A DNA stretch of 64,000 nt. Origin: a bacterium. GTDB lineage: Bacteria; Desulfobacterota; Binatia; DP-6. The notes beneath the pieces were generated by a model, which was not told where the DNA came from, did not search any database, and saw only the letters and a program-made list of their open reading frames with translations. Of the stretch, positions 19,783-29,284 are shown piece by piece. The stretch covers positions 4,122-68,121 of the forward strand of contig JAHCID010000010.1 in the NCBI GenBank assembly GCA_026129405.1, written 5' to 3'. The number at the start of each line of letters is the position of its first letter. Within the stretch, counting starts at the first letter, position 1. Both the position numbers and the translations under genes were made by a program.

Positions 19783-21320
19783 ACCCAGATGCCGAGGGCG
19801 ATCAGCAGCTCCGGGATGATGAGGACGGAGAGGTAGAATATCTGCGCCGCCTGCGCCGGGGTGATGTCGGCGCGCGACGCGCGGACCGTCTTGCTGCGGA
19901 TGGAGACGAGCTCCTCCTGCCCGACGAGCCAGCCGACGGAGTTGAGGAAGAGATCGGCGTTGAGGCGCGACTGCACCAGCTGCTGGTTGTCGGCGAAGCC
20001 GCGCGTCCCGAAGACGACCAGGCGGGACTCGTCGGCCGTCGCCGGCGGCTCGAGTCCCATGTCCTTCGGCTTGGCATCGACGGCGACGCCGATCGAGAGC
20101 GGGCCCTTGCGGTCATCGGCGTCGAGCGCGGCGACGCCCTGCTCGAACACACCCGCGACGTTCGTCTCGGCCCAGCTGGCATCGCTGGTCTTGACCAGGC
20201 TGGTGGCGGTGAGGCCCGGCTTGCCCTCGACCGGCTCCACCGTGCACGTCTGCGGGAAGACCGTGAAGTCACGGAAGCTCTGGGTGATCGGGTGCTGGCC
20301 GTAGGTCCGGCTGAGCGGCACGACGCCGAGCCGCGGGCCCTCGAACAGGCGTACCTCGGTGTCGACGACGATGTCGCTGCCGACCTTGGCGCCCCAGCGG
20401 TCGAGCAGCGCGTAGAGCTCCGGGTCGTTCGCGCGCGGACCGAGCATCGCCAGCAGCCGGCCGCCGCGGCGGAGGTAGGCGTCGACCGCGGCCACGGCGG
20501 CGGGCGTGAGCGTGCGCGTCGGTCCGGCCATGACGACGACGCTGGCGTCGTCGGGGATCTGCTCCACGGAGGGCAGGAGGAGGCTCTTCACCTCGTAGTT
20601 CTCCTGCTCGAGCGCCAGCTTCGCGGACGAGAAGCCCTTCGGGTCGTCGGGGGCATCGATCGGGGCCTCACCGAAGCCCTCGGTGAAGTAGACGACCTTC
20701 TTGGTGCTGCGCGCCACCCGGATGATGCCGTTGGTGATCGTCTCTTCGGACGGCTGGGTGACGACGAAGCTCTCCTTGCCGTACTGGAGGGCCACGCTCG
20801 GCACGGTCGTGATCTTCATCTGCTCGACGAGGGCCGGCTCCTTGTCGGGATCGACCAGGGAGGTCTCGACCTTGGACGGATTGGCGTCGTGGTAGTTGTC
20901 GAGCAGGGAGCGCAGCTGCGGCTCGATGCCGCCCTCCACGAAGGCGGTCATCCGCAGCGGCTCGTCGAGCGCCTCGGTCACCTTCTTCGCCTGCGGCGAG
21001 AGGGTGTAGACGCCGGCCTCCGTGAAGTCCCGGCGGACGTGGTAGCGCGTGCCGAAGTAGTTGAGGATGCCGATCAGCGCGACGAAGAGCAGCGAGTAGA
21101 TGGCTGCGCTCGCGCCGTACTTCGTGGAACGCTGGCCGACCGCCGACTTGAAGCCCTCGAATCCGAAGGCGAGGTAGGCGATCATGAAGGCGGCGCCGAG
21201 GATGAGGTTCAGGAGGACGTAGCCGTCCTGGAACGGCGCCGCCACGAACATGGCGCCGAGGAGGCCGAAGGCGAGCAGCAGGAGCCCGAGGAGGCCCAGC
21301 AGCGAGGCAGAGCGTCCCAT
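19758..21320 (-). CDS. GldG-like ABC-transport auxiliary (gliding-motility-associated) protein
   Basis: N- and C-terminal TM helices with a large periplasmic domain. Conserved GldG-family segments (e.g. YFTEGFGE..., LVVFGTRGFADNQ). Confidence 0.8.
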   Translation of the reverse strand: MGRSASLLGLLGLLLLAFGLLGAMFVAAPFQDGYVLLNLILGAAFMIAYLAFGFEGFKSAVGQRSTKYGASAAIYSLLFVALIGILNYFGTRYHVRRDFTEAGVYTLSPQAKKVTEALDEPLRMTAFVEGGIEPQLRSLLDNYHDANPSKVETSLVDPDKEPALVEQMKITTVPSVALQYGKESFVVTQPSEETITNGIIRVARSTKKVVYFTEGFGEAPIDAPDDPKGFSSAKLALEQENYEVKSLLLPSVEQIPDDASVVVMAGPTRTLTPAAVAAVDAYLRRGGRLLAMLGPRANDPELYALLDRWGAKVGSDIVVDTEVRLFEGPRLGVVPLSRTYGQHPITQSFRDFTVFPQTCTVEPVEGKPGLTATSLVKTSDASWAETNVAGVFEQGVAALDADDRKGPLSIGVAVDAKPKDMGLEPPATADESRLVVFGTRGFADNQQLVQSRLNADLFLNSVGWLVGQEELVSIRSKTVRASRADITPAQAAQIFYLSVLIIPELLIALGIWVWWRRRSA

Positions 21321-21324
21321 CGGC

Positions 21325-22098
21325 CTATCTCCAGCGGACCGATTCCACCGAGCGGTAGGTGAGGAAGAGGGAGACGAGGAGGAGTGTCGTGAAGTAGACG
21401 ATGTCCTTCGAGTCGAGGACGCCCTTCGAGATCTCCGTGAAGTGCTCGGTGACCGAGACGTACTTGATGATCGATGCCCACGGGCCCGACACCGACTCGC
21501 CCACCCATCCGATCGTGTAGAGCACCATCAGGGCGAACAGGGTGCCGACGTAGGCCACCACCACGTTGTCGGTGAACGACGAGACCAGCGTGCCGATCGC
21601 CAGGAAGGCGACGGCGACCAGGAAGAGCCCCAGGTAGCCGATCAGCATCATCGGGACCTCGGGATTGCCGTACGCCATCAGCAGGAGGCCGAAGAAGCCC
21701 GAGAGCCCGATCATGAGGACGACCAGCACGAGGCCGCCGAGGAACTTGCCGAGGACGATCTCGCCGACCTTCACGGGTGCCGTCAGCAGCAGCTCGTAGG
21801 TGCCGGCGCGCTTCTCCTCGGGGAACATGCGCATCGTCAGCGCCGGAACGATGAAGATGAGCAGCACCGACATGTTGTGCAGCATCGGGCGGAGCACCAT
21901 CTCGTTCAAGTTGAAGCGCTCGAGCATCTCCGGTTGGCGCATCATGCTGTAGATCTGCAGCGCCTGGTTGAACGCGCTCAGCAGGGCCCAGAAGAAGTAG
22001 CCTGCGAGCGCCAGGAACGCCGCCAGCAGCACGTAGGCGGTGGGCGAGGAGAAGTACGAGCGCACCTCGCGTCCGGCGATCGTGAAGGCGTTGCGCAT
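21325..22098 (-). CDS. ABC-2 family transporter permease (GldF-like)
   Basis: 257 aa, 6 predicted TM helices, typical ABC-2 permease N-terminus MRNAFTIAGREVRSYFSSPTAYVLLAAFL. Its ATG abuts the ATPase stop. Confidence 0.8.
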   Translation of the reverse strand: MRNAFTIAGREVRSYFSSPTAYVLLAAFLALAGYFFWALLSAFNQALQIYSMMRQPEMLERFNLNEMVLRPMLHNMSVLLIFIVPALTMRMFPEEKRAGTYELLLTAPVKVGEIVLGKFLGGLVLVVLMIGLSGFFGLLLMAYGNPEVPMMLIGYLGLFLVAVAFLAIGTLVSSFTDNVVVAYVGTLFALMVLYTIGWVGESVSGPWASIIKYVSVTEHFTEISKGVLDSKDIVYFTTLLLVSLFLTYRSVESVRWR

Positions 22099-22826
22099 CA
22101 GGCGGCGGGCTCCTCGTGGGCGCCGCGGGCGATCACCTGCGTGTAGACGTCCTCGAGGGTGCGGCCCTGGGTGAGCGTCGCCAGCTGCTCTTCGACGACC
22201 ACGCGGCCCTCGTTGATGATGACGACCTTCTGGCAGGCGCTCAGGACCTGCGAGAGGATGTGCGTCGACAACATGATGGTGTGTTTGGCGCCGAGGCCGC
22301 GGATGAAGCCGAGCATGTCGCGGATCTGCCCCGGGTCGAGACCGTTGGTCGGCTCGTCGAGGATCAGCACTTCGGGGTCGTGGATCAGCGCCTGCGCCAG
22401 GCCGACGCGCTGCCGGTAGCCCTTCGACAGGTGGCCGAGGAGGCGACCGGTGACGTTGCGGAGGCCGCAGGCGTCGAGCACGCGGTCGAGCCCCGTTTCG
22501 ATGTCGACGCGGCTCATGCCCCGCAGCTTGGCGACGAAGCGCAGGTACGGGACGACCGTCATCTCGTTGTAGAGTGGCGGGTTCTCGGGCAGGTAGCCGA
22601 TGCGTCGCCGCACCTCGTCCGACTGCTCGAACACGTCGAAGCCGCAGACGCGGACCGAGCCGGACGTCGCCGGCATGTAGCCGGTGATGATCCGCAGCGT
22701 GGTGGTCTTCCCGGCCCCGTTGGGACCGAGGAAGCCCAGTATCTCGCCGGGCTCCGCCGTGAACGTGACGTTCGTGACGGCCGTGAGGTCGCCGTACCGT
22801 TTGCTCAGGTTTGCGACTTCGATCAT
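22098..22826 (-). CDS. ABC transporter ATP-binding protein (GldA-like)
   Basis: Walker A GPNGAGKTT, signature LSKGYRQRV, Walker B ILDEPTNGLD, H-loop STH. Start set at internal MIEVANLSKRYG; the upstream 115 codons of the track ORF are non-protein-like. Confidence 0.9.
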   Translation of the reverse strand: MIEVANLSKRYGDLTAVTNVTFTAEPGEILGFLGPNGAGKTTTLRIITGYMPATSGSVRVCGFDVFEQSDEVRRRIGYLPENPPLYNEMTVVPYLRFVAKLRGMSRVDIETGLDRVLDACGLRNVTGRLLGHLSKGYRQRVGLAQALIHDPEVLILDEPTNGLDPGQIRDMLGFIRGLGAKHTIMLSTHILSQVLSACQKVVIINEGRVVVEEQLATLTQGRTLEDVYTQVIARGAHEEPAA

Positions 22827-22950
22827 GTAGTTCGACTGAGACGCAGACGGAGGCGGAAAATTCGGGGCGCTATTATCGACGCGCCCGCACGATGTCAAGA
22901 AATGTCCCCCCCGGTCGTCGCCGTCCCTCCCCGCCCGCGCGCATTCCGAC
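22827..22950. promoter_or_regulatory. divergent intergenic promoter region (ABC exporter operon <-> polA)
   Basis: 124-bp gap between divergent starts, with AT-richer blocks (ggaaaattcggggcgctattatcgacg; gatgtcaagaaatgtcc). Confidence 0.35.
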
Positions 22951-25560
22951 ATGCCATCTCCGACCGCACCGCGGCTGCATCTGATCGACGGCAGCGGGTA
23001 CGTGTATCGCGCGTTCCATGCGCTCCCGGCGCTGTCGACGACGCGCGGGCAGCCGACGAACGCCATCTTCGGATTCGCGAAGATGGTCGCGAAGCTGATC
23101 CGCGAAGAACGGCCCGACCACGTCGCCGTGGTGTTCGACGCCCCGGGGCGCGCCACCTTTCGCGACGCCATGTTCGACGGCTACAAGGCCTCGCGGGCGA
23201 GGATGCCGGACGAGCTGCGCTCCCAGATCCCGTACATCCGCCGGCTGGTCGAGGCGCTGCGGCTGCCGGTGATCGAGGAGCCCGGGGTCGAGGCGGACGA
23301 CGTCATCGGCACGCTCGTGACGCAGGCGAGCCGCGCCGGCGTCTCGACCGTGGTCGTCACCGGCGACAAGGACATGATGCAGGTCGTCGACGAGCGCACG
23401 AGCCTGCTCGACCCGATGCGCGATCGCCGCTTCGGGCCGGCCGAGGTGGTCGAGCGCTTCGGGGTTCCGCCGGCCCTGGTCCCCGACGTGCTCGGGCTCA
23501 TGGGCGACGCCATCGACGACATCCCCGGTGTCACCGGCGTGGGCGAGAAGACGGCGATGGCGCTCGTGCAGAAGCTCGGGCCGGTCGAACGTATCCTCGC
23601 CTCGCTCGACGAAGTTCCGAGCACCGGCATTCGCGGCGCGAAGAAGGTGGCCGAGACGCTTGCGCGCGAGGCCGAGACGGCGCAGCTCTCCAAGCGGCTC
23701 GCCACGATCCAGTGCGATCTGCCGCTCGAGCTCGAGCTCGAGGCGCTGCGCTGGAGCGGGCCCGATCGGGAGCATCTGCGGCCACTGCTGGTGGAGCTCG
23801 AGATCCACTCGCTCCTGCGCGAGCTCGGCGTCGCCGGCGAGACCGTCGCGATCGTGACGACCGAGGTCGACGCGGCGACCGCCTCCACGGCGGCGCGCAC
23901 GCTGGCGGCAGCGTCGGCGGTCGCGATCGTGCCGGTGCTCGAGGGCGCACGCGCCACCACGGCGGCGCTCGCGGTGCTCGCGCTCGCGGGGCCGAGCGAT
24001 CCGGTCGTCGTCGCGCGCGACCCGGACACGAGCGGCGCGCTCCTGGCGTTGGCGCCGGTGCTGAACGACCTCGCGGTCACCAAGGTCGGCGCCGACCTGA
24101 AGGCGACGCGCGTCGCCCTCGCGCGGCGCGGCGTACGCCTCGGGGGGCCGGCGTTCGACCTCGGCCTGGCGTCGTACTGTCTCAACCCCTCAGCCGCCGA
24201 TCACGGCATCGGCGCGTTGGCCGAGGAGCTGCTCGGCCATCCGCGTGCCGAGGACGAGGACGCCGTTGCGAACGCGGCGCGGGCGGCCCGCGCTGCCCAT
24301 GGTCTCGTGCCCATCCTCTCGGAGCGTCTCCGCGCGCACGAGATGGAGCGGCTCTTCCGTGACGTCGAGATGCCGCTCGCCGAGGTCCTCGCCGAGATGG
24401 AGCTCGCCGGCGTGGCCCTCGATGTGCCGGTGCTCACGCGGCTCGGGGGGGAGCTCGAGGCGTCGCTCGCCCGGCTGATGGCGGAGATCCACGAGCTCGC
24501 CGGCGGCCCGTTCAACATCGGCTCGCCGCCGCAGCTGCGCGAGGTGCTCTTCGAGCGGCTCAAGATCCCGACGCGCGGCATCCGCCGCGGGAAGACCGGC
24601 TTGTCCACCGATGTCGACGTGCTGACGCGGCTCGCGCGCGAGCACCCGCTGCCGGGCAAGATCCTCGAGTGGCGCCAGCTCTCGAAGCTCAAGTCGACGT
24701 ACGTCGATGCGCTGCCGGCGCTGGTCGATCCGCACAGCGGTCGTCTGCACACGTCGTTCAATCAGACCGTGGCGGCGACGGGACGGCTCTCGAGCTCCGA
24801 TCCCAATCTGCAGAACATTCCGGTGCGCAGCGAGGAGGGCCGGCGCATCCGCGCCGCGTTCGTCGCACCGCCCGGCCAGCGCCTGATCTCGGCCGACTAC
24901 TCGCAGATCGAGCTGCGCCTGCTCGCCCATCTCGCCGACGACCCCGGCTTGTGCGCCGCGTTCGCAGCCGAGGCGGACGTGCACGCGACGACGGCGGCCG
25001 AGGTCTTCAAGGAGCTGCCGCCGGCCGAGGGGCGGCGGTTGGCCAAGGTGATCAACTACGGGCTCGTCTATGGCATGGGCCCGTCGCGTGCGGCGCGCGA
25101 GCTCGGCGTCTCGCTGGCCGAGGCCGAGGCCTACATCGAGGGCTACTTCACGCGCTACCCGCGCGTGCGCCGCTTCATCGATGACACCATCGCCGGCGCG
25201 CGGCGTTGCGGCTTCGTTACGACCGTCCTCGGCCGGCGCCGCTACCTGCCCGAGATCGGCGCCCGCGATGCGGCCGTGCGGCAGTTCGCGGAGCGCGCGG
25301 CGACCAATACGCCGATCCAGGGGTCGGCGGCCGATCTGATCAAGCTCGCCATGCTCGAGGTGCGCCGCCGGCTGCGTGCAGAGGGATTCCGAGCGCAGAT
25401 GCTATTGCAGGTGCACGATGAGCTGGTGCTGGAGGCCCCGGATGCGGAGGCGGAACGGGCGGCGGGTCTCGTGCGGACCGTCATGGAGGAGGTCTGGCCG
25501 CTGCGGGTTCCCTTGCGGGCCGAGGTACGAATCGGGGCGAACTGGGCCGAGGTCCACTGA
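22951..25560 (+). CDS. polA: DNA polymerase I
   Basis: 5'-3' exonuclease N-terminus (LHLIDGSGYVYRAFHALP), family-A polymerase motifs A/B/C (ISADYSQIELR, RRLAKVINYGLVYG, QVHDELVLE). Confidence 0.95.
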   Translation: MPSPTAPRLHLIDGSGYVYRAFHALPALSTTRGQPTNAIFGFAKMVAKLIREERPDHVAVVFDAPGRATFRDAMFDGYKASRARMPDELRSQIPYIRRLVEALRLPVIEEPGVEADDVIGTLVTQASRAGVSTVVVTGDKDMMQVVDERTSLLDPMRDRRFGPAEVVERFGVPPALVPDVLGLMGDAIDDIPGVTGVGEKTAMALVQKLGPVERILASLDEVPSTGIRGAKKVAETLAREAETAQLSKRLATIQCDLPLELELEALRWSGPDREHLRPLLVELEIHSLLRELGVAGETVAIVTTEVDAATASTAARTLAAASAVAIVPVLEGARATTAALAVLALAGPSDPVVVARDPDTSGALLALAPVLNDLAVTKVGADLKATRVALARRGVRLGGPAFDLGLASYCLNPSAADHGIGALAEELLGHPRAEDEDAVANAARAARAAHGLVPILSERLRAHEMERLFRDVEMPLAEVLAEMELAGVALDVPVLTRLGGELEASLARLMAEIHELAGGPFNIGSPPQLREVLFERLKIPTRGIRRGKTGLSTDVDVLTRLAREHPLPGKILEWRQLSKLKSTYVDALPALVDPHSGRLHTSFNQTVAATGRLSSSDPNLQNIPVRSEEGRRIRAAFVAPPGQRLISADYSQIELRLLAHLADDPGLCAAFAAEADVHATTAAEVFKELPPAEGRRLAKVINYGLVYGMGPSRAARELGVSLAEAEAYIEGYFTRYPRVRRFIDDTIAGARRCGFVTTVLGRRRYLPEIGARDAAVRQFAERAATNTPIQGSAADLIKLAMLEVRRRLRAEGFRAQMLLQVHDELVLEAPDAEAERAAGLVRTVMEEVWPLRVPLRAEVRIGANWAEVH

Positions 25561-25616
25561 CACACGTGATCGGGTGAATAGGTCCATCGTCGGGGCGTCT
25601 GAAAGCCGAGCGGGCC

Positions 25617-26201
25617 GTGGCGCCTAGCGACTGGGAGCTCGTACGGCGGGCCCGGGAGGGTGATCGTGATGCCTTCCGGACCCTGGTCGAGCGCTACCAG
25701 CGCAAGGTGGCGGCTCTGGCGCTCGGAATGCTCAGGAACAGGGAAGACGCCCTCGACGTGGTCCAAGAAACCTTCACCAAGGCCTACCAGAGCCTGGACC
25801 GGTTCAAAGGCGATTCGTCGTTCTACACGTGGGTGTACCGCATCGCCGCCAACCTCTGTATCGATCATCAGCGGCGGGATGCGAAGCTCGTCCACGTCCC
25901 CATCGATGCTCGCGGCAACGATGGCGAGGCGACGGGCGAGGAAATTCCTGCCGCCGCGCTCGAAGGCAGCGAACCCGACGAGCCCTTCCAGCGGGCCCGC
26001 GATGCGGAGATCTCTGCGGGCCTCGCCCGAGCCATCTCCGAGTTGACCCCCGAGCATCGCGCCGTCATACTCCTGCGCGAAGTGGATGGGCTCTCCTACG
26101 AGGAGATCAGCGAGGTTCTCGGGTGCCCGAAGGGCACCGTGATGAGCCGACTCCACTACGCGCGACGCCAGCTCCAGGAGCGGTTGCGCAGCCTGCGCTG
26201 A
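25617..26201 (+). CDS. ECF (sigma-70 family, RpoE-like) RNA polymerase sigma factor
   Basis: Sigma-70 region 2 (DALDVVQETFTKAYQSLDRFKGDSSFYTWVYRIAAN) and region 4 (LSYEEISEVLGCPKGTVMSRLHYARRQL). Confidence 0.9.
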   Translation: MAPSDWELVRRAREGDRDAFRTLVERYQRKVAALALGMLRNREDALDVVQETFTKAYQSLDRFKGDSSFYTWVYRIAANLCIDHQRRDAKLVHVPIDARGNDGEATGEEIPAAALEGSEPDEPFQRARDAEISAGLARAISELTPEHRAVILLREVDGLSYEEISEVLGCPKGTVMSRLHYARRQLQERLRSLR

Positions 26202-26223
26202 CGAACCTCCAGATGGGCCGCCC

Positions 26224-26721
26224 ATGACCTGCGACGACGTCCAGCAGCACATCCACCGCTTTCTCGACACGGAGCTTCCTCCCCCGATGCTGCTGGCGGT
26301 CGCACGACACGCCGGCGGTTGTAGCGCCTGCGAAACGCGCATCCGCGAGCTGAGCGACCTCGGTGATGCGTTGCGCGCCGAAGCCGAGGCCGCGCTCGCG
26401 ACGCTCGACATGACCCAGGTCTGGGCCGGAGTCGCGAAGGGCCTCGACGCGCACGACGCGGAGGTCACCCGGCGACGCCGGCTGCGCGCGCTGCCGCTCT
26501 GGGGCTCGGGGCTCGCTGCCGCCGCCGTCCTGGTCGCGTTGCTCGACGGGCCGCGTCCCGACGTGCAGATGACGACGTCCCACGTCGTCCAGCAGCAGCC
26601 GGTGCGGCAGGTCGCCGCCATCGACCGGCTCGCCGTCGAGAATCGCCATCAGGTCTCCGTGCGGCGCGACCAGAAGGGTTTCACCCTGATCGCGCTCGGT
26701 GACGGAAACGAGGCGCGGTGA
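26224..26721 (+). CDS. zf-HC2-type anti-sigma factor (membrane-spanning)
   Basis: Directly follows the ECF sigma. N-terminal H-x3-C-x2-C zinc motif (HIHRFLD...HAGGCSAC), central TM helix (LWGSGLAAAAVLVALL). Confidence 0.75.
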   Translation: MTCDDVQQHIHRFLDTELPPPMLLAVARHAGGCSACETRIRELSDLGDALRAEAEAALATLDMTQVWAGVAKGLDAHDAEVTRRRRLRALPLWGSGLAAAAVLVALLDGPRPDVQMTTSHVVQQQPVRQVAAIDRLAVENRHQVSVRRDQKGFTLIALGDGNEAR

Positions 26722-27239
26722 CCCGCGCGCAGGTCGGGGTGGCCGTGCTGGGCCTCGTGAGCGGCCTCGGCGCGGTCTGCCACGCCTTGCCGCCGCCGGG
26801 ACCGATCCAGGTCGAGATCCAGGCCGTCCTCGCGAGCAACTCGGGCGTCTGCGATCCGCGCGTCGCGCAGCTGAAGGCGCGGCTGCGCCGGCTCGCCGGC
26901 TTCCGCAACTACCAGCTCCTCGTCACCATCACGCGCACGCTGCCGTGGCGCGAGACGCAGGTGATCCCGCTGCCGGGCGAGCGCACCATCGTCCTCCAGC
27001 CGAAGATGATCGACCGCGGGCGGATCGTGATGCAGGTCCGCCTCCTCGAGCAGAGCCGGCAGTTCCTGCAGACCACCTTGCGCCTTCCGAACCAACACAC
27101 CATGGTGTTCTCGATGGGGCACGACGGCGTGCTGGGCGGTCTCGAGCCGGCCGAGGCGGGCAGCGCCCCTGGTCCGGGAAGCTCGGACAGCGCCTATCTG
27201 GTGCTTCTCAAGGCCGAGCATCCGAGCGCGGAGCACTGA
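26718..27239 (+). CDS. hypothetical secreted protein, third gene of the sigma/anti-sigma operon
   Basis: 4-nt overlap with the anti-sigma stop. Signal-like N-terminus. No family recognised. Confidence 0.5.
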   Translation: MTRAQVGVAVLGLVSGLGAVCHALPPPGPIQVEIQAVLASNSGVCDPRVAQLKARLRRLAGFRNYQLLVTITRTLPWRETQVIPLPGERTIVLQPKMIDRGRIVMQVRLLEQSRQFLQTTLRLPNQHTMVFSMGHDGVLGGLEPAEAGSAPGPGSSDSAYLVLLKAEHPSAEH

Positions 27240-27247
27240 CGACGGCG

Positions 27248-27550
27248 ATGACGACGTGGCTCGAGGAGGTCGGACGGCAGCTGAGCGGTGTTGCCGACGC
27301 GCTGTGGGGCGAGGTGAGCGAGCGTGGCGTGATGCCGCTGCTCCAGCCCGTGGCGCCGTGGAATCAGCCGGAGTTCCTCCAGCCGGCGGTGGCCCTCGGC
27401 GGGCTGCTCTCGATCGCGTTGCTCTCGGGGCTTGCGGTGACGGCCCTGGGGACGCTGGTGGTGACGCTGTTCGCGCTCTGGATGCTGCTGGTCGAGGTGT
27501 TCGGCGTGTCCGTCGAGCTGAACCCGCTCGGGGCGGCGGCGTCGCGCTGA
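27248..27550 (+). CDS. small two-TM membrane protein (100 aa)
   Basis: Internal ATG of a longer track ORF. Two hydrophobic helices (LGGLLSIALLSGLAVTALGTLVVTLFALWMLLV). Confidence 0.4.
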   Translation: MTTWLEEVGRQLSGVADALWGEVSERGVMPLLQPVAPWNQPEFLQPAVALGGLLSIALLSGLAVTALGTLVVTLFALWMLLVEVFGVSVELNPLGAAASR

Positions 27551-27626
27551 CGTCCCGCGTCCGCGGGGCCGCTCGCTTCGCGTCGTTCCGCCTGCACGAC
27601 GCTGCCGATCCCGCTCTGCGTGCCCC

Positions 27627-27804
27627 GGCGATCTAGTGTCCCGAGTCTGAAGTTCGTCACCAAATCTCGGGCGGTCTCACGCCGCCCGGCTGCGTTGCGT
27701 CTCCTCACCATGGCGACGGCCATGCCTCGTCGTCGCGCCTCGCCGGGCGGCGCGATCCCGCCCGATCTTTGGCAACGAACTTCGGACTCGGGACACTAGT
27801 CGCC
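27627..27804. repeat. 178-bp element bounded by 37/38-bp near-perfect terminal inverted repeats, with three internal hairpins
   Basis: IR-L ggcgatctagtgtcccgagtctgaagttcgtcaccaaa (27627-27664) vs reverse complement of IR-R (27768-27804) ggcga-ctagtgtcccgagtccgaagttcgttgccaaa: 34/38 identical. Internal cgggcgg-N7-ccgcccg hairpins at 27668-27688 and 27744-27764, and catggc-gacg-gccatg at 27709-27724. Confidence 0.75.
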
Positions 27805-28008
27805 GAGCGTCGACCAGTCGACGGTCCAGAAGTCGGGGACGGGGGGCCGGAGCTCGGTGTGACCGCCGAAGCAGGAGAAGCTCGGGCGGTGGGTGAGGCG
27901 TTCGCGGAGGAGGTGGAGGTGCTCCTCGACGCTCTGGCCGGGGGCGGGGGCGCCGACGTCGAGACGTTTCATGCCGCCGCATTTGCGGCAGGTGACGTCC
28001 ACGCGCAT
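27796..28008 (-). CDS. small Cys-containing hypothetical protein (70 aa; putative metal-binding)
   Basis: MRVDVTCRKCGGMKRLDVGAPAPGQSVEEHLHLLRERLTHRPSFSCFGGH... GC3 is about 93%. It starts 20 nt after the sat stop. Its stop codon lies inside IR-R of the inverted-repeat element. Confidence 0.35.
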   Translation of the reverse strand: MRVDVTCRKCGGMKRLDVGAPAPGQSVEEHLHLLRERLTHRPSFSCFGGHTELRPPVPDFWTVDWSTLGD

Positions 28009-28027
28009 CGGCGTCCCGCTCCCGGTG

Positions 28028-29284
28028 CTACTGCTTCATCGCGGCGGCGAGGATGCGCGAGGTCGACGGACGCATGATGCGCGGGTCGACTTCCTTGCCT
28101 GCCTGGAGCGTCTGGCGGACGTCCTTGCCGGAGATCGAGACCGGCTTCTCGCCGGGGTGGTTGTCGGTGAGGTCGACGCGACCCATCGACTCGTAGAACG
28201 CCGCGAATCCGACCTTCAGCGGCTGGATCTTCAGGTCGCCGCCGAGCTTCGAGAAGATCTCCTGCGCGTCGAAGTCGCCCCAGATGGCGGAGCCGTCGGC
28301 GTAGGGCGCGTCGGCGTGCTTGCGGCCGATGACGATGTCGGTGAAGCCGAAGTTCTGGCGGTAGATGCCGTGCATCACGGCTTCCTTCGGGCCGCCGTAG
28401 AACATCTTGATGTCGAGCCCGAGCAGCAGGACGCGGTCCGGCACCGACTCGTTGCGTGGGCCCCACAGCGCGGCGTCGCTGTCGCCCTCGCCGAGGCCGC
28501 GCTGCGTGATCAGCGCTTCATAGGTCTGCATGCGCACGGCGGCGTTCACGTCGTCGCCCTTGGTCTCGCCGACGAGCGGGTTCAAGACGGCGCCGGCGTC
28601 GTGCCCCTGGCGGATCAGGGTCTCGAGGCCGTAGACGAGCGCGTACTCGTGCGCACGGTGGAGCGGGTTGCGCGTCTGGAACGCGACCACGCGCTTCCAG
28701 CCCTTCTCGCGGAACAGCGCGCGGACCTCACGCGGCGAGAGCACGTACTTGCCGAACGCCGGGTTCTTCGGCTGCGGCAGGACGCGGATCGTGCCGCCGA
28801 CGAGGTGCGTCTTGTCGGCGTCGTTCCTGAGCACCATGTCGGCGCCCGGATGATCGGTGCGCTCGGTGCCGTAGACATTCTTCAGGTAGCGGGGCTTGTC
28901 CCACGCGAACACCGACGTGACGTCGAGCGTTGCGACGAGCTCGCCCGCCGCATTGGTGAGCGCGACGGTCTGGCCGGGCTCGATCGTGCCGGCGAGCGCG
29001 CTGGTCACCGGCAGCGAGATCGGAATCGTCCAGGCGTACTTGGCGCCGTTCGACTCGATGCACGCCTCGTCGAGCACGCGGTCGTAGGTCGCCTGGTCCA
29101 TCGGGCCCCGCAGCGGGCTCAGGCCGCCGTCGCCGAAACGGTAGACGCTGGAGAGATCGGCGTCGGAGACGGGCACCTTCGGCAGGGACGCGGCCTTGTC
29201 GCGGAAGGCGGCCTGCTCGGCGGTCGGCACGGTGAGATCGAGCGGCTCGGTGAGTCCACCATGGGGCGGGATGAGATCGGGCAT
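28028..29284 (-). CDS. sat: sulfate adenylyltransferase (ATP sulfurylase)
   Basis: [11 protein letters not shown] and GRKHADAPY motifs, PUA-like N-terminal domain. Start at internal [10 protein letters not shown] with an AAAGGA RBS 8 nt upstream. Confidence 0.9.
   Translation of the reverse strand: MPDLIPPHGGLTEPLDLTVPTAEQAAFRDKAASLPKVPVSDADLSSVYRFGDGGLSPLRGPMDQATYDRVLDEACIESNGAKYAWTIPISLPVTSALAGTIEPGQTVALTNAAGELVATLDVTSVFAWDKPRYLKNVYGTERTDHPGADMVLRNDADKTHLVGGTIRVLPQPKNPAFGKYVLSPREVRALFREKGWKRVVAFQTRNPLHRAHEYALVYGLETLIRQGHDAGAVLNPLVGETKGDDVNAAVRMQTYEALITQRGLGEGDSDAALWGPRNESVPDRVLLLGLDIKMFYGGPKEAVMHGIYRQNFGFTDIVIGRKHADAPYADGSAIWGDFDAQEIFSKLGGDLKIQPLKVGFAAFYESMGRVDLTDNHPGEKPVSISGKDVRQTLQAGKEVDPRIMRPSTSRILAAAMKQ

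Noticed and set aside
22791-22805. Apparent codon mismatch (K vs Q) when hand-translating around 22800, and similar 1-nt offsets elsewhere
   Set aside because: Attributed to my own position counting in long G/C/T runs rather than to a real frameshift, because the ORF-track translation is continuous and motif-perfect. This is why start coordinates are given with a few-nt tolerance.
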